IMG/VR virus record: IMGVR_UViG_3300036971_000130
DNA length: 64,000 nt
From: a virus
Lineage: Duplodnaviria > Caudoviricetes
Reading direction: 5' to 3' (one strand)
Part shown: positions 9,995 through 21,271 of the stretch, one piece after another
Layout: each line of letters begins with the position of its first letter
How positions within the stretch are numbered: the stretch's first letter is position 1
Notes under the pieces: model-generated
The model's input: only the letters and a program-made list of their open reading frames with translations
What the model was told of the DNA's origin: nothing
The model's database searches: none
Program-made: the position numbers and the translations under genes

Positions 9995-10354
9995 TCAGGA
10001 GCAGGAGGACCAGCGAGGATCTACCTGGTAGTAGCAGACCTTCGAGTGCTTCGACTCACCGACGAACTTCCCCTCGACTCGAACGATGCCGGTCTTGGAG
10101 TAGTCGATCTTGGTCACCACCCGCAGCTTCCTCAGCGACCCCTTGTAGGTGCAGAGGAAGACATCGGTGGCCGTGGACCCCTGACGTTCGGCGCTGGTGC
10201 TCTTGCACGAAGCCTTCCCGCTCGCCCCGGCCGGACGGAGGATGGTCGAGATGTCCTGGACCATCGGCTTGATCTTGGCGTCGTGGTCAGCCGGGACACA
10301 GGCTGACAGCACGAGGATGAACGCCACGACAGGGAGGATCAGGAGCTTCTTCAT
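9995..10354 (-). CDS. Basic secreted lipoprotein (MKKLL family)
   Basis: Lipobox LSAC, four further Cys; TAGAAT-N6-ATG. Confidence 0.8.
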   Translation of the reverse strand: MKKLLILPVVAFILVLSACVPADHDAKIKPMVQDISTILRPAGASGKASCKSTSAERQGSTATDVFLCTYKGSLRKLRVVTKIDYSKTGIVRVEGKFVGESKHSKVCYYQVDPRWSSCS

Positions 10355-10387
10355 GTAGTGATTCTACCACCCACGGCGAGGCCAGGG

Positions 10388-10780
10388 TCAGACCCGGAAG
10401 CAGAAGTACGGCGACCCGCTGATCTTGCCGTCATTCAGACGGACCTTGCAGTGCAGGTTGTTCTTCGGGGCCGACGAGGTCGCCACGTCGATGAACTCGC
10501 CTTCGCCCTTCCACTCACCGTAGAAGGCGTGCGTGACCACCTTAAAGGTGCCGGTGGCCTTCGGCACGGTGCAGGACCACTCGTTGCTCACCGACGGACG
10601 GCCGTTGCTGGCCTTGCTGTCCCACTGCCGGATGCTCTTACAGGTCGGCTGCTGGCCTCCACGGGACTGCCGGAGGATCAACTCGGCGGATTCCTTGGTC
10701 ACCGAGTTGTGGTACGACGGGATGCAGGCGGACAGCACGAGGGCGAATGCCACGACGGGAAGAACCAGGAGCTTCTTCAT
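10388..10780 (-). CDS. Basic secreted lipoprotein (MKKLL family)
   Basis: Lipobox LSAC, four further Cys; TAGACT-N6-ATG. Confidence 0.8.
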   Translation of the reverse strand: MKKLLVLPVVAFALVLSACIPSYHNSVTKESAELILRQSRGGQQPTCKSIRQWDSKASNGRPSVSNEWSCTVPKATGTFKVVTHAFYGEWKGEGEFIDVATSSAPKNNLHCKVRLNDGKISGSPYFCFRV

Positions 10781-13272
10781 GGACTGAGTCTACCATCTGG
10801 ACCCCAGCCCTGAGCTTTCCGGAACCGGGCGAGCGCCGCCCTGGTCGCTTCCGGGCCACGTTCACGAAGTCCATCCTCGAACGAGGCGAGCCTCAACATC
10901 GTAGTCGGTGGCCGTTGACCGTCGACGGTCGTCCTGATCGCAGCGGTGTACCGCTCCATGCCTGCGATGTCAGCCGAGGACCATTCCTCGCCGTTGAGCG
11001 CCAGGTCGGCAACGATGTCTGCGATGACCCGGTGGTTGTTCTGGGAGAAGGCCAGCAACGTGCCGAAGCCCATGACGGTGACACGGAGAGCGTCCGGCAA
11101 CTGCTCCGGGTACTGGGTGGCGAAGAACGGCTTGACCCCGAAGGACCGACCCTGGTTGCGGAGCCAGGACAGAACCTCCGACGAGTTGCCAGCGAGGTAG
11201 GTCAACTCGTCGGAGAAGATGGAGACCGAACGACCCTGGTTCTGCCATCCGGGGCACGTCTGCTCGATGGCGGTCTTCAGCCCGAACATCAGGAGCGACG
11301 AGAGAGCCTTCACCGACTCGGTGTCCATGATCTCACCCGATGACGAGTTCGAGGTGTTGATGATCACAGCACCGTGGTTGTCGAGCACCTGCTTCCAGGT
11401 GATCTTCTTGCGGTCAGGAGACCAGAACGGCTCCAACGCCATGAGCGCCTTGATCTTGTTGCGGGCGGCTTCGGTCTGGGTGCGTCGGACGGACTCGGAC
11501 ACCGGCTTGGCGTTGCCGAACCCGAAGATCGGGTTCAACTCCTTCACGACCTCACCGAGTTCGGTGAACGCCTTGTCGGCGTCGACCTTCGATCCGTCGG
11601 TCAGTTCCCGCTGGTGCGCCTTCTTGGCTTCGGCCTCTGCTTTGTCGGCGGCAACCGCCAGAGCGGTAGCGAGCCTCACAGCCTCAGCGTCGCCCTTGGA
11701 GCCGAGAAGGATCGAGGCGTACCCGAACGGGGAGAGGTTCGTGGGGACACCGGCCTCCGTGGCGATCTCCGGTGTCACGCTGAGAGCGGCCGGGAGGACC
11801 ATCTCGAAGGTCTCCGAGGAACGGCCCTTGATCTCACCCTCGTCGAAGGTGTACTTCAGCGCCGACAGCATCCAGCGAGCCTTCTTCGCCGCCGACCCTT
11901 CGACTCCGGCGAACAGGTCGATGGCGTAGGTATTCGGGTCGAGAGCATCGACGACGACCACACGATCACCGAACCCCTCGGACCACGCCTTGTACGCCTC
12001 GGCACCTGACCACTCCTTGCCCTCGAAGGCGATCAGAGCGTTGTGGGAACCAGGGGCACCGGGGATGCCGGAAGGCTCGATGCGGTCGAGAACCATCCAA
12101 GCCCACAGAGCGTGGATGAACCAGGACTTGCCGGAACCGGGAGCGCCGAAAGCGGAGATCCCGGCGAACAGATCACGGGCGGAGATGTGCACCGGGGTGT
12201 CGTCCGGACCACCGAAGCCGATGACCGGGCCGATCCTCGTGACGAGTTCCTTCGGGATGGCCCTGATCTCGTTCACGTTCGAGCCAGTCGCAGCGCCAGC
12301 GTGCGGAGCCACCAGGCCGATCGGGACCGTCGGACCAACGAGGAACGACGAGGTTGCGAGAGGGTACGAACCGGGGTCGCCTTCGGCCGCTCGGGTGCCA
12401 GCGATCTGCGCTGCCTTCGGGGACTTCGGCTTCTTCGGCGGGAACCGGCGGCTCAGCGACTTCGGGAGACGGCCGGTGGCGAGCGTCGACAGGGTCTTCG
12501 ACGACTGCGTCGGGATTACCCCGGTGGAGATGCCGACTGCGTAACCTGCGGGAACAGCCCCGGCTGCGTTCGCAAGCAGGAGGTCGCCTTTCGTCAGGTA
12601 GGCAGTGCCACCGAAAGCAGTTAGTCCGAGAACGGCGGGTAGGACGACGGCCTTCGCCGGAGCGGCGATCTTGACTCCGGTGGTGACATCGAAGCCGGGG
12701 AGCATGGCCGACACCTGCGACAGCATCGACTTCACTTCGTCCTTGCTGTGGCCTCCGGCGAACACCGAGATGACGACAGTTCCATCACTGAAGGCGTGGT
12801 GCGTCGGAAGTGCGGTGCCGAGACGGTGCTTGTACCAGCGGTGTGAACGGCGGATCTCAGCCCGCTTCGGCTGACGGATCGAGATTCCGACCCAGGACCC
12901 AGCCTGCATCATGCGGGCGAGACCACGGGACACCTCGGCGGGATCGGTTCCGGCCTGGGTGTCACGGGTGGCTGCACCCGGCTTCGCCACCAACCATCCG
13001 ACGTACGGGGCGTCGAGGTCAGGGAGACCGTCCGCCTGATCCGCTCGTGCGGCAAGCGAAGTGGCGAGGTTGATGGCTGCGTTCGACGCCTGCTGAGAAG
13101 CCGGTGCAACGAACCAGTCGGTGATCGCCTCACGGTCACGGGTCACGATGAGACTCACCGGACCGGTCTGATCGAGCGTGGAAGTGAACTGACGTGCCCG
13201 AGTCGACAAGGCTTGGAGGTTGATAGAAGCTCCCGCTGCACGAGACAGCTTCCAGGCGTTCAGTTGTTCCAT
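10777..13272 (-). CDS. VirD4/TraD-like type IV coupling ATPase
   Basis: TM hairpin, Walker A GAPGSGKS, Walker B IFSDEL, RNQGRSFGV, ATQYPEQL. Confidence 0.8.
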   Translation of the reverse strand: MEQLNAWKLSRAAGASINLQALSTRARQFTSTLDQTGPVSLIVTRDREAITDWFVAPASQQASNAAINLATSLAARADQADGLPDLDAPYVGWLVAKPGAATRDTQAGTDPAEVSRGLARMMQAGSWVGISIRQPKRAEIRRSHRWYKHRLGTALPTHHAFSDGTVVISVFAGGHSKDEVKSMLSQVSAMLPGFDVTTGVKIAAPAKAVVLPAVLGLTAFGGTAYLTKGDLLLANAAGAVPAGYAVGISTGVIPTQSSKTLSTLATGRLPKSLSRRFPPKKPKSPKAAQIAGTRAAEGDPGSYPLATSSFLVGPTVPIGLVAPHAGAATGSNVNEIRAIPKELVTRIGPVIGFGGPDDTPVHISARDLFAGISAFGAPGSGKSWFIHALWAWMVLDRIEPSGIPGAPGSHNALIAFEGKEWSGAEAYKAWSEGFGDRVVVVDALDPNTYAIDLFAGVEGSAAKKARWMLSALKYTFDEGEIKGRSSETFEMVLPAALSVTPEIATEAGVPTNLSPFGYASILLGSKGDAEAVRLATALAVAADKAEAEAKKAHQRELTDGSKVDADKAFTELGEVVKELNPIFGFGNAKPVSESVRRTQTEAARNKIKALMALEPFWSPDRKKITWKQVLDNHGAVIINTSNSSSGEIMDTESVKALSSLLMFGLKTAIEQTCPGWQNQGRSVSIFSDELTYLAGNSSEVLSWLRNQGRSFGVKPFFATQYPEQLPDALRVTVMGFGTLLAFSQNNHRVIADIVADLALNGEEWSSADIAGMERYTAAIRTTVDGQRPPTTMLRLASFEDGLRERGPEATRAALARFRKAQGWGPDGRLSP

Positions 13273-13350
13273 CTCAGCCTTTCACGGAAACGTGCAGATC
13301 AGAGTAGCTGAAAGTTGCGGGACCCGCCACATCTGACCCATGATGGAGCA

Positions 13351-13680
13351 ATGGAACTCTGGGCTGCCACCGTCGATGGCGAAACCCCCGATCTCACGCT
13401 CGGTCTCTACCTGACCGAAGAAGGCGCACGGAAGACCCACCGTTCGGTGATGCCGGTGACCGTCGGCGGGGACATGGACATCTTCGAGAAGCTGATCCGT
13501 CTGTTCCAGAGCGGTTCCAGGTACGACACCTGGGACGAGAACATGGCGGTCGACCACCTTCTCGAACGAGCGATGAACGGTGACAGCGAAGCGATCGTGC
13601 GGCTGGAAACGGCCAAGGAAGCGTACGAACGAGGGATGCTGGCACTCCAACAGTCCGGCGCTCTCGACTTCCTCGACTGA
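13351..13680 (+). CDS. Hypothetical protein
   Basis: Motif at 13336, ATG at +5. Confidence 0.7.
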   Translation: MELWAATVDGETPDLTLGLYLTEEGARKTHRSVMPVTVGGDMDIFEKLIRLFQSGSRYDTWDENMAVDHLLERAMNGDSEAIVRLETAKEAYERGMLALQQSGALDFLD

Positions 13681-13689
13681 CCACCACCC

Positions 13690-15346
13690 ATGATGGAGGG
13701 GAATCTTCCCCTACTGAACGGACCAATCGTGTTCACCTCCGTCCGTAACCGCAACGGCCAAATGGCAATCGAGATGTCGGTCACCGACATCTCCGTCAAC
13801 AACGCACATCGCACGGTCACCATCACCTTCGAGGGTGACCTCGACGAGATCGGCGTCACCGAAGTCGTCGGGGTTCCCGGCTTCGAGATGATGCGGGGCG
13901 AGAAGCTCCTGCTCGTCTACGACGACAACCCGATCGGCAACAGCCCCGTCGGGATGGCTTCGGTCTGGGCTGACCAGAACCGCTCGTACAACTTCGGTTC
14001 GACCGACGGCCAGGTCGACAACCGGATCATCCGTGAGGTCGCCGCCCCGGTGCCCACCGACGACTGGTCCCCGATTCCTCTGGCTGCTGACCCGACGACC
14101 GACCCGACCACGTTCACGCCACCGCCGGACGACTGGCTCGACGAGATGCTCAGGGCGAACCCGATCAACCCCGACGGGTCCTTCTGATGCAGCCAACCGT
14201 CACCGGGTGGTCCAAGGGACCGGCTGGGCGACTCAGGATCGACTTCTCCGCTGGCGATCAGAGCACCCACGGGTTCATCCAGATCACGCCGGACACCCGC
14301 ATGGACCGGTACGGCCCGAACGTGATCGGCTCGTACCGTGAGCGTGGGTTCGAGATCGTCCGCATCGCCATGATCCCCAACGTCAACGAGATCGTCTCGA
14401 TGGTGACCGTGAACGCCGACGGGAGTACCCCGCCGTGGCAGTTCTACAACTCCACGCCGCCGGACAGCTACATCGAGTTCGATCACCAGGTCTGGCTGGA
14501 AACCCAGCTTCACGATGAGGAACGGCTACCACGAGTTCATGTCGTCGGCGGCACAGCGAACCTCTGGCTCGGAAGTCTGGATGACGACCCCGAGGTCGAG
14601 ATCATCTCCGGTTGGGTCCAGGGTGACTTCAGCCCGGAGAGGATGATCTCCGACATCCTCGAAGCGGACTTCGTGCTGGCGATCACGACGAACGGAAGTC
14701 CTCCGTCGGACGCCATCTCGATGGTGAAGCTCCACCGGAAGCCGCTGGTCGTCATGGGCGACACCGTCGAACTCGACGGCGACCAGATCGTGCTCGACTC
14801 TATCACCTCGATGTTCCGCTACGTGGAGGCCGTCGCATGATCCTGATGTACGGGTCCTCGAACCTCCTGGGTGAGCACGGCGAACGCTGCCTCTGGTGGT
14901 TGCTCACCGGCTCCTGGTCGGGAGAACCCGTTGTTGCACGGGAGAACGCCATCTTCTACGCCTACCTCGAAGATCCCGATGATCTGGATGGCGAGTTCGA
15001 GGTGACGATGACGTTCGTCAACGGCGAATGGCAGCGGACCGGGGAGGCTCCGCCGGTGTCCTACATCCGGCTGATGTCGGACTGGTCAGTGGAAGTCCTT
15101 CACCCGGTGGCTGGCCGAATCACGCTCGCACCTGAGTCGACTCTGAACGGCCTGCCTCTGGACCCGCAAGGACGGGACCCGGAGACGCACCTCGTCGAAG
15201 TGGCCGAGCGGCTCACCGCTTACGCCCGAGGGCTCGACGGTGACGTGTTCCCGGTGGTCATCTTCGTGGACAACGAGCACGTCGAGTCTATCCCCGTCTG
15301 GGATGGGGAGAACGCTCAGATCGTCCCCATCGACGGCTTCGGCTGA
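13690..15346 (+). CDS. Three translationally coupled acidic hypothetical genes (13690..14187, 14187..14840, 14837..15346)
   Basis: TGATG/ATGA overlaps, codon bias. Confidence 0.65.
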
Positions 15347-15350
15347 TCGG

Positions 15351-15776
15351 TCAGATACCCGGAGCGAAACTCGTCTCGCAGAACCCGGTGTCGAACGTGT
15401 TCGCACCCGACCTGATGTAGTAGCAGGTGAGAAGGTGCAGTCCGCTGAAGGATGCGTTCGGAACGCTGGTCTGAACCTCGGCGTGGTACTTGATGCTCAC
15501 CCCGTTGAGGTTCTTCTGCTTGACCGAGGCGTAGAAGGTCGCCCGAGACATGGCCTTGGCGTACGATCGCTTCGTGGTGCAGGAGTAGTCGTTGACCACC
15601 TTGGACGCCGAAGCACTGACCTCCTTGGCGAACTTGCAGACAGGACGGAAGCTCCCGTAGGACTTCGACTGAGCGACGATCTGCTTCTGCACGGTGTCGT
15701 CGTTGTACGGGACCTTCGTCTGCCTGCAAGACACCAAGACCAAGACGGCTGCGGTCAGGAGCAAGAGCTTCTTCAT
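15351..15776 (-). CDS. Basic secreted lipoprotein (MKKLL family)
   Basis: MKKLLLLTAAVLVLVSC; C..YSCT..CYY..C; TAGAAT-N7-ATG. Confidence 0.8.
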   Translation of the reverse strand: MKKLLLLTAAVLVLVSCRQTKVPYNDDTVQKQIVAQSKSYGSFRPVCKFAKEVSASASKVVNDYSCTTKRSYAKAMSRATFYASVKQKNLNGVSIKYHAEVQTSVPNASFSGLHLLTCYYIRSGANTFDTGFCETSFAPGI

Positions 15777-15789
15777 GCCCCTGATTCTA

Positions 15790-17860
15790 CTACCACACGG
15801 TGACGGTGGTGATCCCGAGGTCCGACTTGATCGGGTGGAAGATGGCCGACTCACCGTCGTGGAACCACGGGGTTCCGTCCGGCTTGCTGGCGAACCCGAG
15901 CGCCCGATCGAAGGACCTGAACACACCGAGACGGAGACCGTCATGGGTGACGATGTGGACCTGGTCGTCGGCGTCGGAGATGTCCGAGACCGGCTCGACG
16001 GTGACGAACATGTTGCTGCCGATGAACTCGTAGGCGGAGACCTCGACGAGCCCGGTCGGGCGATCGGACGAGATGTCCGCCCACGTCACCTTGGTCGAGA
16101 CGGGGAAGTGAGCTAGGCCCGTTCTCGGACCGAACATCTGGATGTGGCGGCTGAAGGGGTGATCGAACGGGATGACGTACATGACCCCATCATGGGTGGT
16201 CAGATGTTGACCGTCACAACCACGTCGCCGCAGCGAGCTTCCCGGCCGTCCCAGGAGAACAGGCGGTTCGAGAACTGACGGAGGCATCCGACGAACGTGT
16301 CCGCTCGACCGATGTTCTTGTCGCCCCACCGGACCTCGAAGGTCGCCTCGACCGGGAACGTGTTGGGCCACGGCTCGATGAGCGCCTTGATCGTGTTGTT
16401 CTCCGTGGAATGGACGACAGCGGTCGTTCCGAGAGTCGGATGGATCACCCGGTCACAGACCTTCACGGTCGGATTCATCGACAGCGGAACGTTGACCGCA
16501 TCACCGACGTGCCCTGCACTCATCGGGCGAATCTCGACATCCCGTTCCGGGGAGAGCGATACCAGCACGTAGCCGGTCAGCAGCCACACATCATCCGGCC
16601 GGGAAGCGAGCGCATCGTCGAGACGAGTGTGCTCGGACTCGACACCATCACGAGAGCGAACCTGGAACCGGACACCAGGAGTGTCGAAGGTCGATCGGAC
16701 AGCGACGCCACGAACCTTGACGGTCCCATCGTCGAGGACATCGGCGGAGACGACCTTGACCATGTTGGGTGTACCAGGGATCGCCAAGGTTGCCCCGGTG
16801 AACCACTCGTCCTGGAACTGGATGGCGAGTTCGCCTTCGAGGCTGAACGTGAAGTCGGAGATCACAGGTCAGTCCTTGATGGTCGTGATGTAGAGCCAGC
16901 GGATCGGGTTGGAGTTCCAGTTGTCGAAGTCGTAGCCGGTGCAGAAGCCACCGTCCCGAGGGAACCAGGCGACATCGGGGTACGCCGAGATCACGTCCTC
17001 GATCTTCCGGTAGGAGACCGGCTCCACCTCGGAGAAGGTCGGGAAGTGGCAGAGAGCGACGTAGACGATGTTGTCGCCGGAGTCGATCTTGGTCCCGTTC
17101 GGCTCGACGGTGAAGGTGATCTCGTCCTTGGTCGTCACGACCTTCGTCACGGTGGCGAGTTCACCGGAGGCCAGGAGGATGCTTCCCCCTTCGTTGACGC
17201 CGTTCAAGTTCTGCTTCTTGGGGTAGGTGAGTTCCATGCACCCATCATGGGTGGTCACCGGAGTGGTGCCCCGACGATGAACGGAATCGAGCCAGGATCA
17301 TGGATGTCGACCCCGTGACCTTCGGTCCGGTCCTCGTGGATGACGACCTTGACGAACGGAAGCGAGCCACCTCGTGCCGCTGACTCGAACGTCTCGTGGA
17401 CGGACCAGCAGTGACGCTCATCGAAGACACCCCAGACGGCGTCCGGCGTGAGTTCGACCTCGACATCGGTGACCGTGAAGGTCCACTGGTGCGTGCGGCC
17501 TTCGACGACGAGGTCCATGTCGGTGACCTTGATCGTGTGCTCACCGTCATGGGAGACGAACGAGTTGATGCCGTAACGCCAGATCGTGTCCACCATCCCG
17601 GCGACATGAGCGATCGAACGGGACATCGAGTAGAAGTCGTTGTCCAGCATGAACTGGACGTTCCCGCCGAAGACCAGCGGGTGATCCTCCGTGGTGACCG
17701 TGATGTACGGCTCGCCGTCCGAGTGATGACGTTCCGAACTCAGGAGCCGTACGCCAGCAAAGGTCTTCGGGTGGAGGATGACCGCCCTGTCCCGCACCCA
17801 CGAATGGACCGCCGCAGCGGGAGAACCGGGGATGGGTCTGGTGACGGGAAGACTGAACAT
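15790..17860 (-). CDS. Four hypothetical genes (15790..16182, 16200..16865, 16869..17237, 17255..17860)
   Basis: Three start 5-6 nt after the motif (16188, 17243, 17867). Confidence 0.65.
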
Positions 17861-17879
17861 GACCCCCATCATGGGTGGC

Positions 17880-18490
17880 GCTCAGACGCCCGAGGCGCTC
17901 AACATGGAACGCCGCCACAGGACGTGGGACCACCGGGGAAATCCGCACCCAGAGTGAGGGACTCGCGCCAAAAGCCTGTGGATAAACCCCCGGAAGGCCC
18001 CGACCCAGCGAAATCGCCTGCTCCGCTTCGCTCCGCATGTCGTCGCTTCGCTCCTTCGTTGACCTTCGGTCAGGGTTTTGCCTGTCAGGGGGATGTCTGT
18101 TTCTCACGTTTTGTTCCGTTTCGTCCCACCATGTCCCGTTCTGTTCCTAAGGTAAGAGTTCAAGTCAGCATCAGATTCAGTCAGCATCATCCAGTCACCA
18201 GTTTCACCAGTCCCATTCTCCATTGCGTAGCTCCAACGAACACGCCTACGGCGTGAACCCCGAACCCCAGAACCACCGAAACCACGAACCGCCCAACACG
18301 TCCCAGCACGTCCCGACACGCCCCACCGCCGGAGGCGGAAGCCGAAGGCGGAGACGGCGAAGCCGTCGCAGCCGCAGGCTCTTTTTATCGGCCTCCCGGC
18401 CCCGGCGCTTCGCTCTGTCCGATCCGGTGGGTTCGGGGTTGGGTGTGGGATGACCTTGCGGTCGTCGCCGGGTTCGGTCTCCGTGGTTGG
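17880..18490. other. Non-coding island with a DnaA box and GAA-loop mini-hairpins (origin-like)
   Basis: TGTGGATAA 17977-17985; GACGGC-GAA-GCCGTC near 18352; GCTTCGCTC x3; flanked by divergent motif promoters. Confidence 0.5.
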
Positions 18491-18514
18491 GTGTCGCCAC
18501 CCATGATGGTTGGC

Positions 18515-18784
18515 ATGGACTTCTTCGTCTCTCGTGTGTTCCGTTCTGCCTCTCCGGTGTTGGGTTGGTGCCGTCCGTTCGTGTTGCCGGTTCTCGGGTT
18601 CCTGTTCGCTTGCGTGGGGTGGTCTGCGTTCTTCGCTGCTGTCATGGCTGTGAAGCTCGAAGGTGAGTACGGGTCGTTCATGGCCGGTTGGAACTGGGTT
18701 TGGGAAGCGCCGGTCATCCCGGCCTTCCTCGGGCTGGGCTTCGCTGCCGTTACCTGTTCGGCTGTCTCCGAGTTGAAGGGCTGA
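18515..18784 (+). CDS. Membrane protein
   Basis: Motif at 18499; hydrophobic segments. Confidence 0.6.
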   Translation: MDFFVSRVFRSASPVLGWCRPFVLPVLGFLFACVGWSAFFAAVMAVKLEGEYGSFMAGWNWVWEAPVIPAFLGLGFAAVTCSAVSELKG

Positions 18785-18789
18785 TCTTC

Positions 18790-19434
18790 GTGACTCGTGT
18801 GGCGTTCTCTCCGTCCGATTCGATCCGTAGTGTCTCGTTCCCGTTGGAGGGTTCGGAGGTTGGCCGTACGGTCTTGTACTTCTCGTTCTCGGGGATGCGG
18901 GCTGCTGGTGTTCCGGCGGAGTTCGTCTCGTTCTACTCCTTCGAGGACGAGGATGTGTTGGAGTGCGATGACACTTCGGTGTTGGTGTCTCGGGCGGTTG
19001 CTGGTCGAACAGTCCGTTCTCAGAACGCTCTGTTCGAGGATGTCCGGGTGGCTCCGTTCACGTCTCTCGCTGGCGGTGACTTCCGGGGTGTACGCCTCGG
19101 TGGCGTGAACTTTCGTGGCGGCGATCTGTCGTTTGCGACTTTCGACGGTGGCCTTCTCCGAGGTGCTGATCTCTCTGGGTGTTCTGGTGAGCATGTGAGC
19201 TTCGATGGCACGTCGTGTTTCGGTGCGTCGTTCCGTTATGCGAGGTTCCTGTGCGGGTTCTTCCGTGACGGGAACTTTGCGAAGGTGAACTTCGATGGGG
19301 CGGATCTGAGCTTCTCTGAGTTCGACTCGGTGGTTCTCACCGGGTCGTCGTTCAACGGAACGATCCTGCGTGGTGTGCGCTTCGAGAACGTCGACCTGTC
19401 GTTGGTCGATCTGTCGTCTGCGATCTTGGACTGA
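18790..19434 (+). CDS. Pentapeptide repeat protein
   Basis: GDFRG-VRLGG-VNFRG-GDLSF-ATFDG...ADLSG; T-rich codons atypical for this window. Confidence 0.8.
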   Translation: MTRVAFSPSDSIRSVSFPLEGSEVGRTVLYFSFSGMRAAGVPAEFVSFYSFEDEDVLECDDTSVLVSRAVAGRTVRSQNALFEDVRVAPFTSLAGGDFRGVRLGGVNFRGGDLSFATFDGGLLRGADLSGCSGEHVSFDGTSCFGASFRYARFLCGFFRDGNFAKVNFDGADLSFSEFDSVVLTGSSFNGTILRGVRFENVDLSLVDLSSAILD

Positions 19435-19476
19435 TCGAGGTTGGACATGGCCGCTACCGCCATCCATAGTGGAGGT

Positions 19477-19557
19477 ACAAGCCACCAACCGCCGGACCAG
19501 GAACCCGGCGAGACATAGAACCCACGAGGCCCGGACCTTATGGTTCGGGCCTCTCTA
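19477..19557 (+). ncRNA. Candidate small RNA
   Basis: TGGACA(19442)-N17-CATAGT promoter, no ORF, two hairpins, the second terminator-like. Confidence 0.5.
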
Positions 19558-19604
19558 CATCTGAGGTCGTTGATCAGGTTCATTGTCATCGGTAGCCTGC
19601 CGGG

Positions 19605-20439
19605 ATGTCCTCTTACGCTGCTACCGCAGTCCTCCCTGACCTGACCGATTCACTGGGCTTCACCTGGCCGTCGGAAGGCAAGGCTCGAAACCCGAAGGGC
19701 ATCCTTCGACTGTGTCGTCGTCCTCCGGGTCCTCCGATCCGATGCCGACTACGTCGCTGACTACGGCTACGTGATGCTGAACACCGGCCTGGCGTCCCTC
19801 TCCAAGCTCGCAGAGGGCGGGATCGTGCCTCTGACGGACTTCATCGGCAAGACGGGTGTCACGATCCGCCGTCAGTCCATCACCGACGGTCAGACCAGCT
19901 ACGTCCAGTACAAGGACGGGTACGTCAACGTCGGTCCCGATCACACCCTCCGGATGGGCACGGCGACCTGTGCCGCCGGTGACATCGTCCGTACGAGCCG
20001 GGATGACGAACCGATGACCCACGAACTCGTCGTCTCCACGATCTACGGATACGCCTTCGGCATCAACGGTCCGATCTCTCCGGTCGAGGTGATGAAGAAC
20101 GGGTTCACCAAGACGGTCCCGTTGTCCACCTTCCCGGAGGGCACCTTCCGTAGCCTCGCCCTGAGCAACCGTCTCATGGACTCGTTCGGCTACCCGGTCT
20201 CGCCCATGTCGACCCAGACGGACGGCATCAACGTCCTCGTCGCCCACCAGCAGATGACCCAGGCCCAGGTCGCTCTCGCCATGAGCATGAGCGACCTTGG
20301 TATCCGGGTGTTCACCTGGGACAAGGATGCGAACCTGACCCCGATCGAGGAATTCACGATGTCGGGCGGTTCGTACACCGTGTGGGGTCGGAACAAGCAG
20401 TTCAGCAGGTCGGGTGACCTCGAAGCGTTCGTCGCCTGA
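19605..20439 (+). CDS. Hypothetical protein with an apparent 1-nt frameshift near 19703
   Basis: TAGCCT-N6-ATG at 19605; coding-like sequence continues in the 19771 frame. Confidence 0.55.
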
Positions 20440-20703
20440 TCTACTCGTACGCCGCCCGGACTCTCTCACTGAGGGTCCGGGCGCTCGGGTCAGCCAACAG
20501 AGCGATCTCGGACAGAGCGAGCACACCGTCCCTCACCGATTCGTACCGAGCAAGATCACACCGGGAGCAGAAGGCGAACTCCGAACACCAGTCCGAACAA
20601 GCTGAACACCACTGCCGGTGGTTCTTCGCCTCGCCGGTGCAGTTGCAGAAGTGCCCACCATCGACCATGCTCTGATCCTCCTACCAAGAAACGGAACCGT
20701 CAA

Positions 20704-21156
20704 ATGGCTGACCGAAAGCCGTCGCCTCAACTCGCTCAGTTCATCGAGAACGCCATGGACTTCATTGCCCATGTGCGAGAGATGCACGATGACCCATCCG
20801 AGGCTGAGTTGGCTGCGATCATCTACCTGGATGCATCAGCTTCCGTCGCCAACTTCGTCGTCAGCGCAACCAACGGGGACCCACACACGTCCGACATCCT
20901 GAACTCGTCCATCGGGCTCGTTCTCGCCCTGGCGATCGTGCACGGCGCTGACATCGGCGGGATCGACCACGTCGAAGTGCCGATCACGTCCCTCCCTGCG
21001 ATGATGGGGATTCTGGGAACGCCCACACGCTTCCTCTGGAAGCGGGACGACTCGCTGATCGACTTCCCCAACGAAGCTCACAAGAAGGTCGCTGAACTGA
21101 ACCTCAGGCTCGCTCTCGGTGGCCTGTTCAACCTGCGATGGGGAGCCAACCCGTGA
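20704..21156 (+). CDS. Hypothetical protein
   Basis: ORF, codon bias. Confidence 0.6.
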   Translation: MADRKPSPQLAQFIENAMDFIAHVREMHDDPSEAELAAIIYLDASASVANFVVSATNGDPHTSDILNSSIGLVLALAIVHGADIGGIDHVEVPITSLPAMMGILGTPTRFLWKRDDSLIDFPNEAHKKVAELNLRLALGGLFNLRWGANP

Positions 21157-21271
21157 CCGAAGCGAACGAGTACCTGATCCGTGCCGGAGAGACGAAGTGG
21201 AACGCATGCGCCGCTGCGTCTCAGATCGTCGACCTGTTCCTCGATCTGATCCAGAAGTGACCCCAGGAGGC

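Noticed and set aside
19477-19557. tRNA here or at 62929-63008
   Set aside because: No cloverleaf, T-loop or acceptor stem could be built
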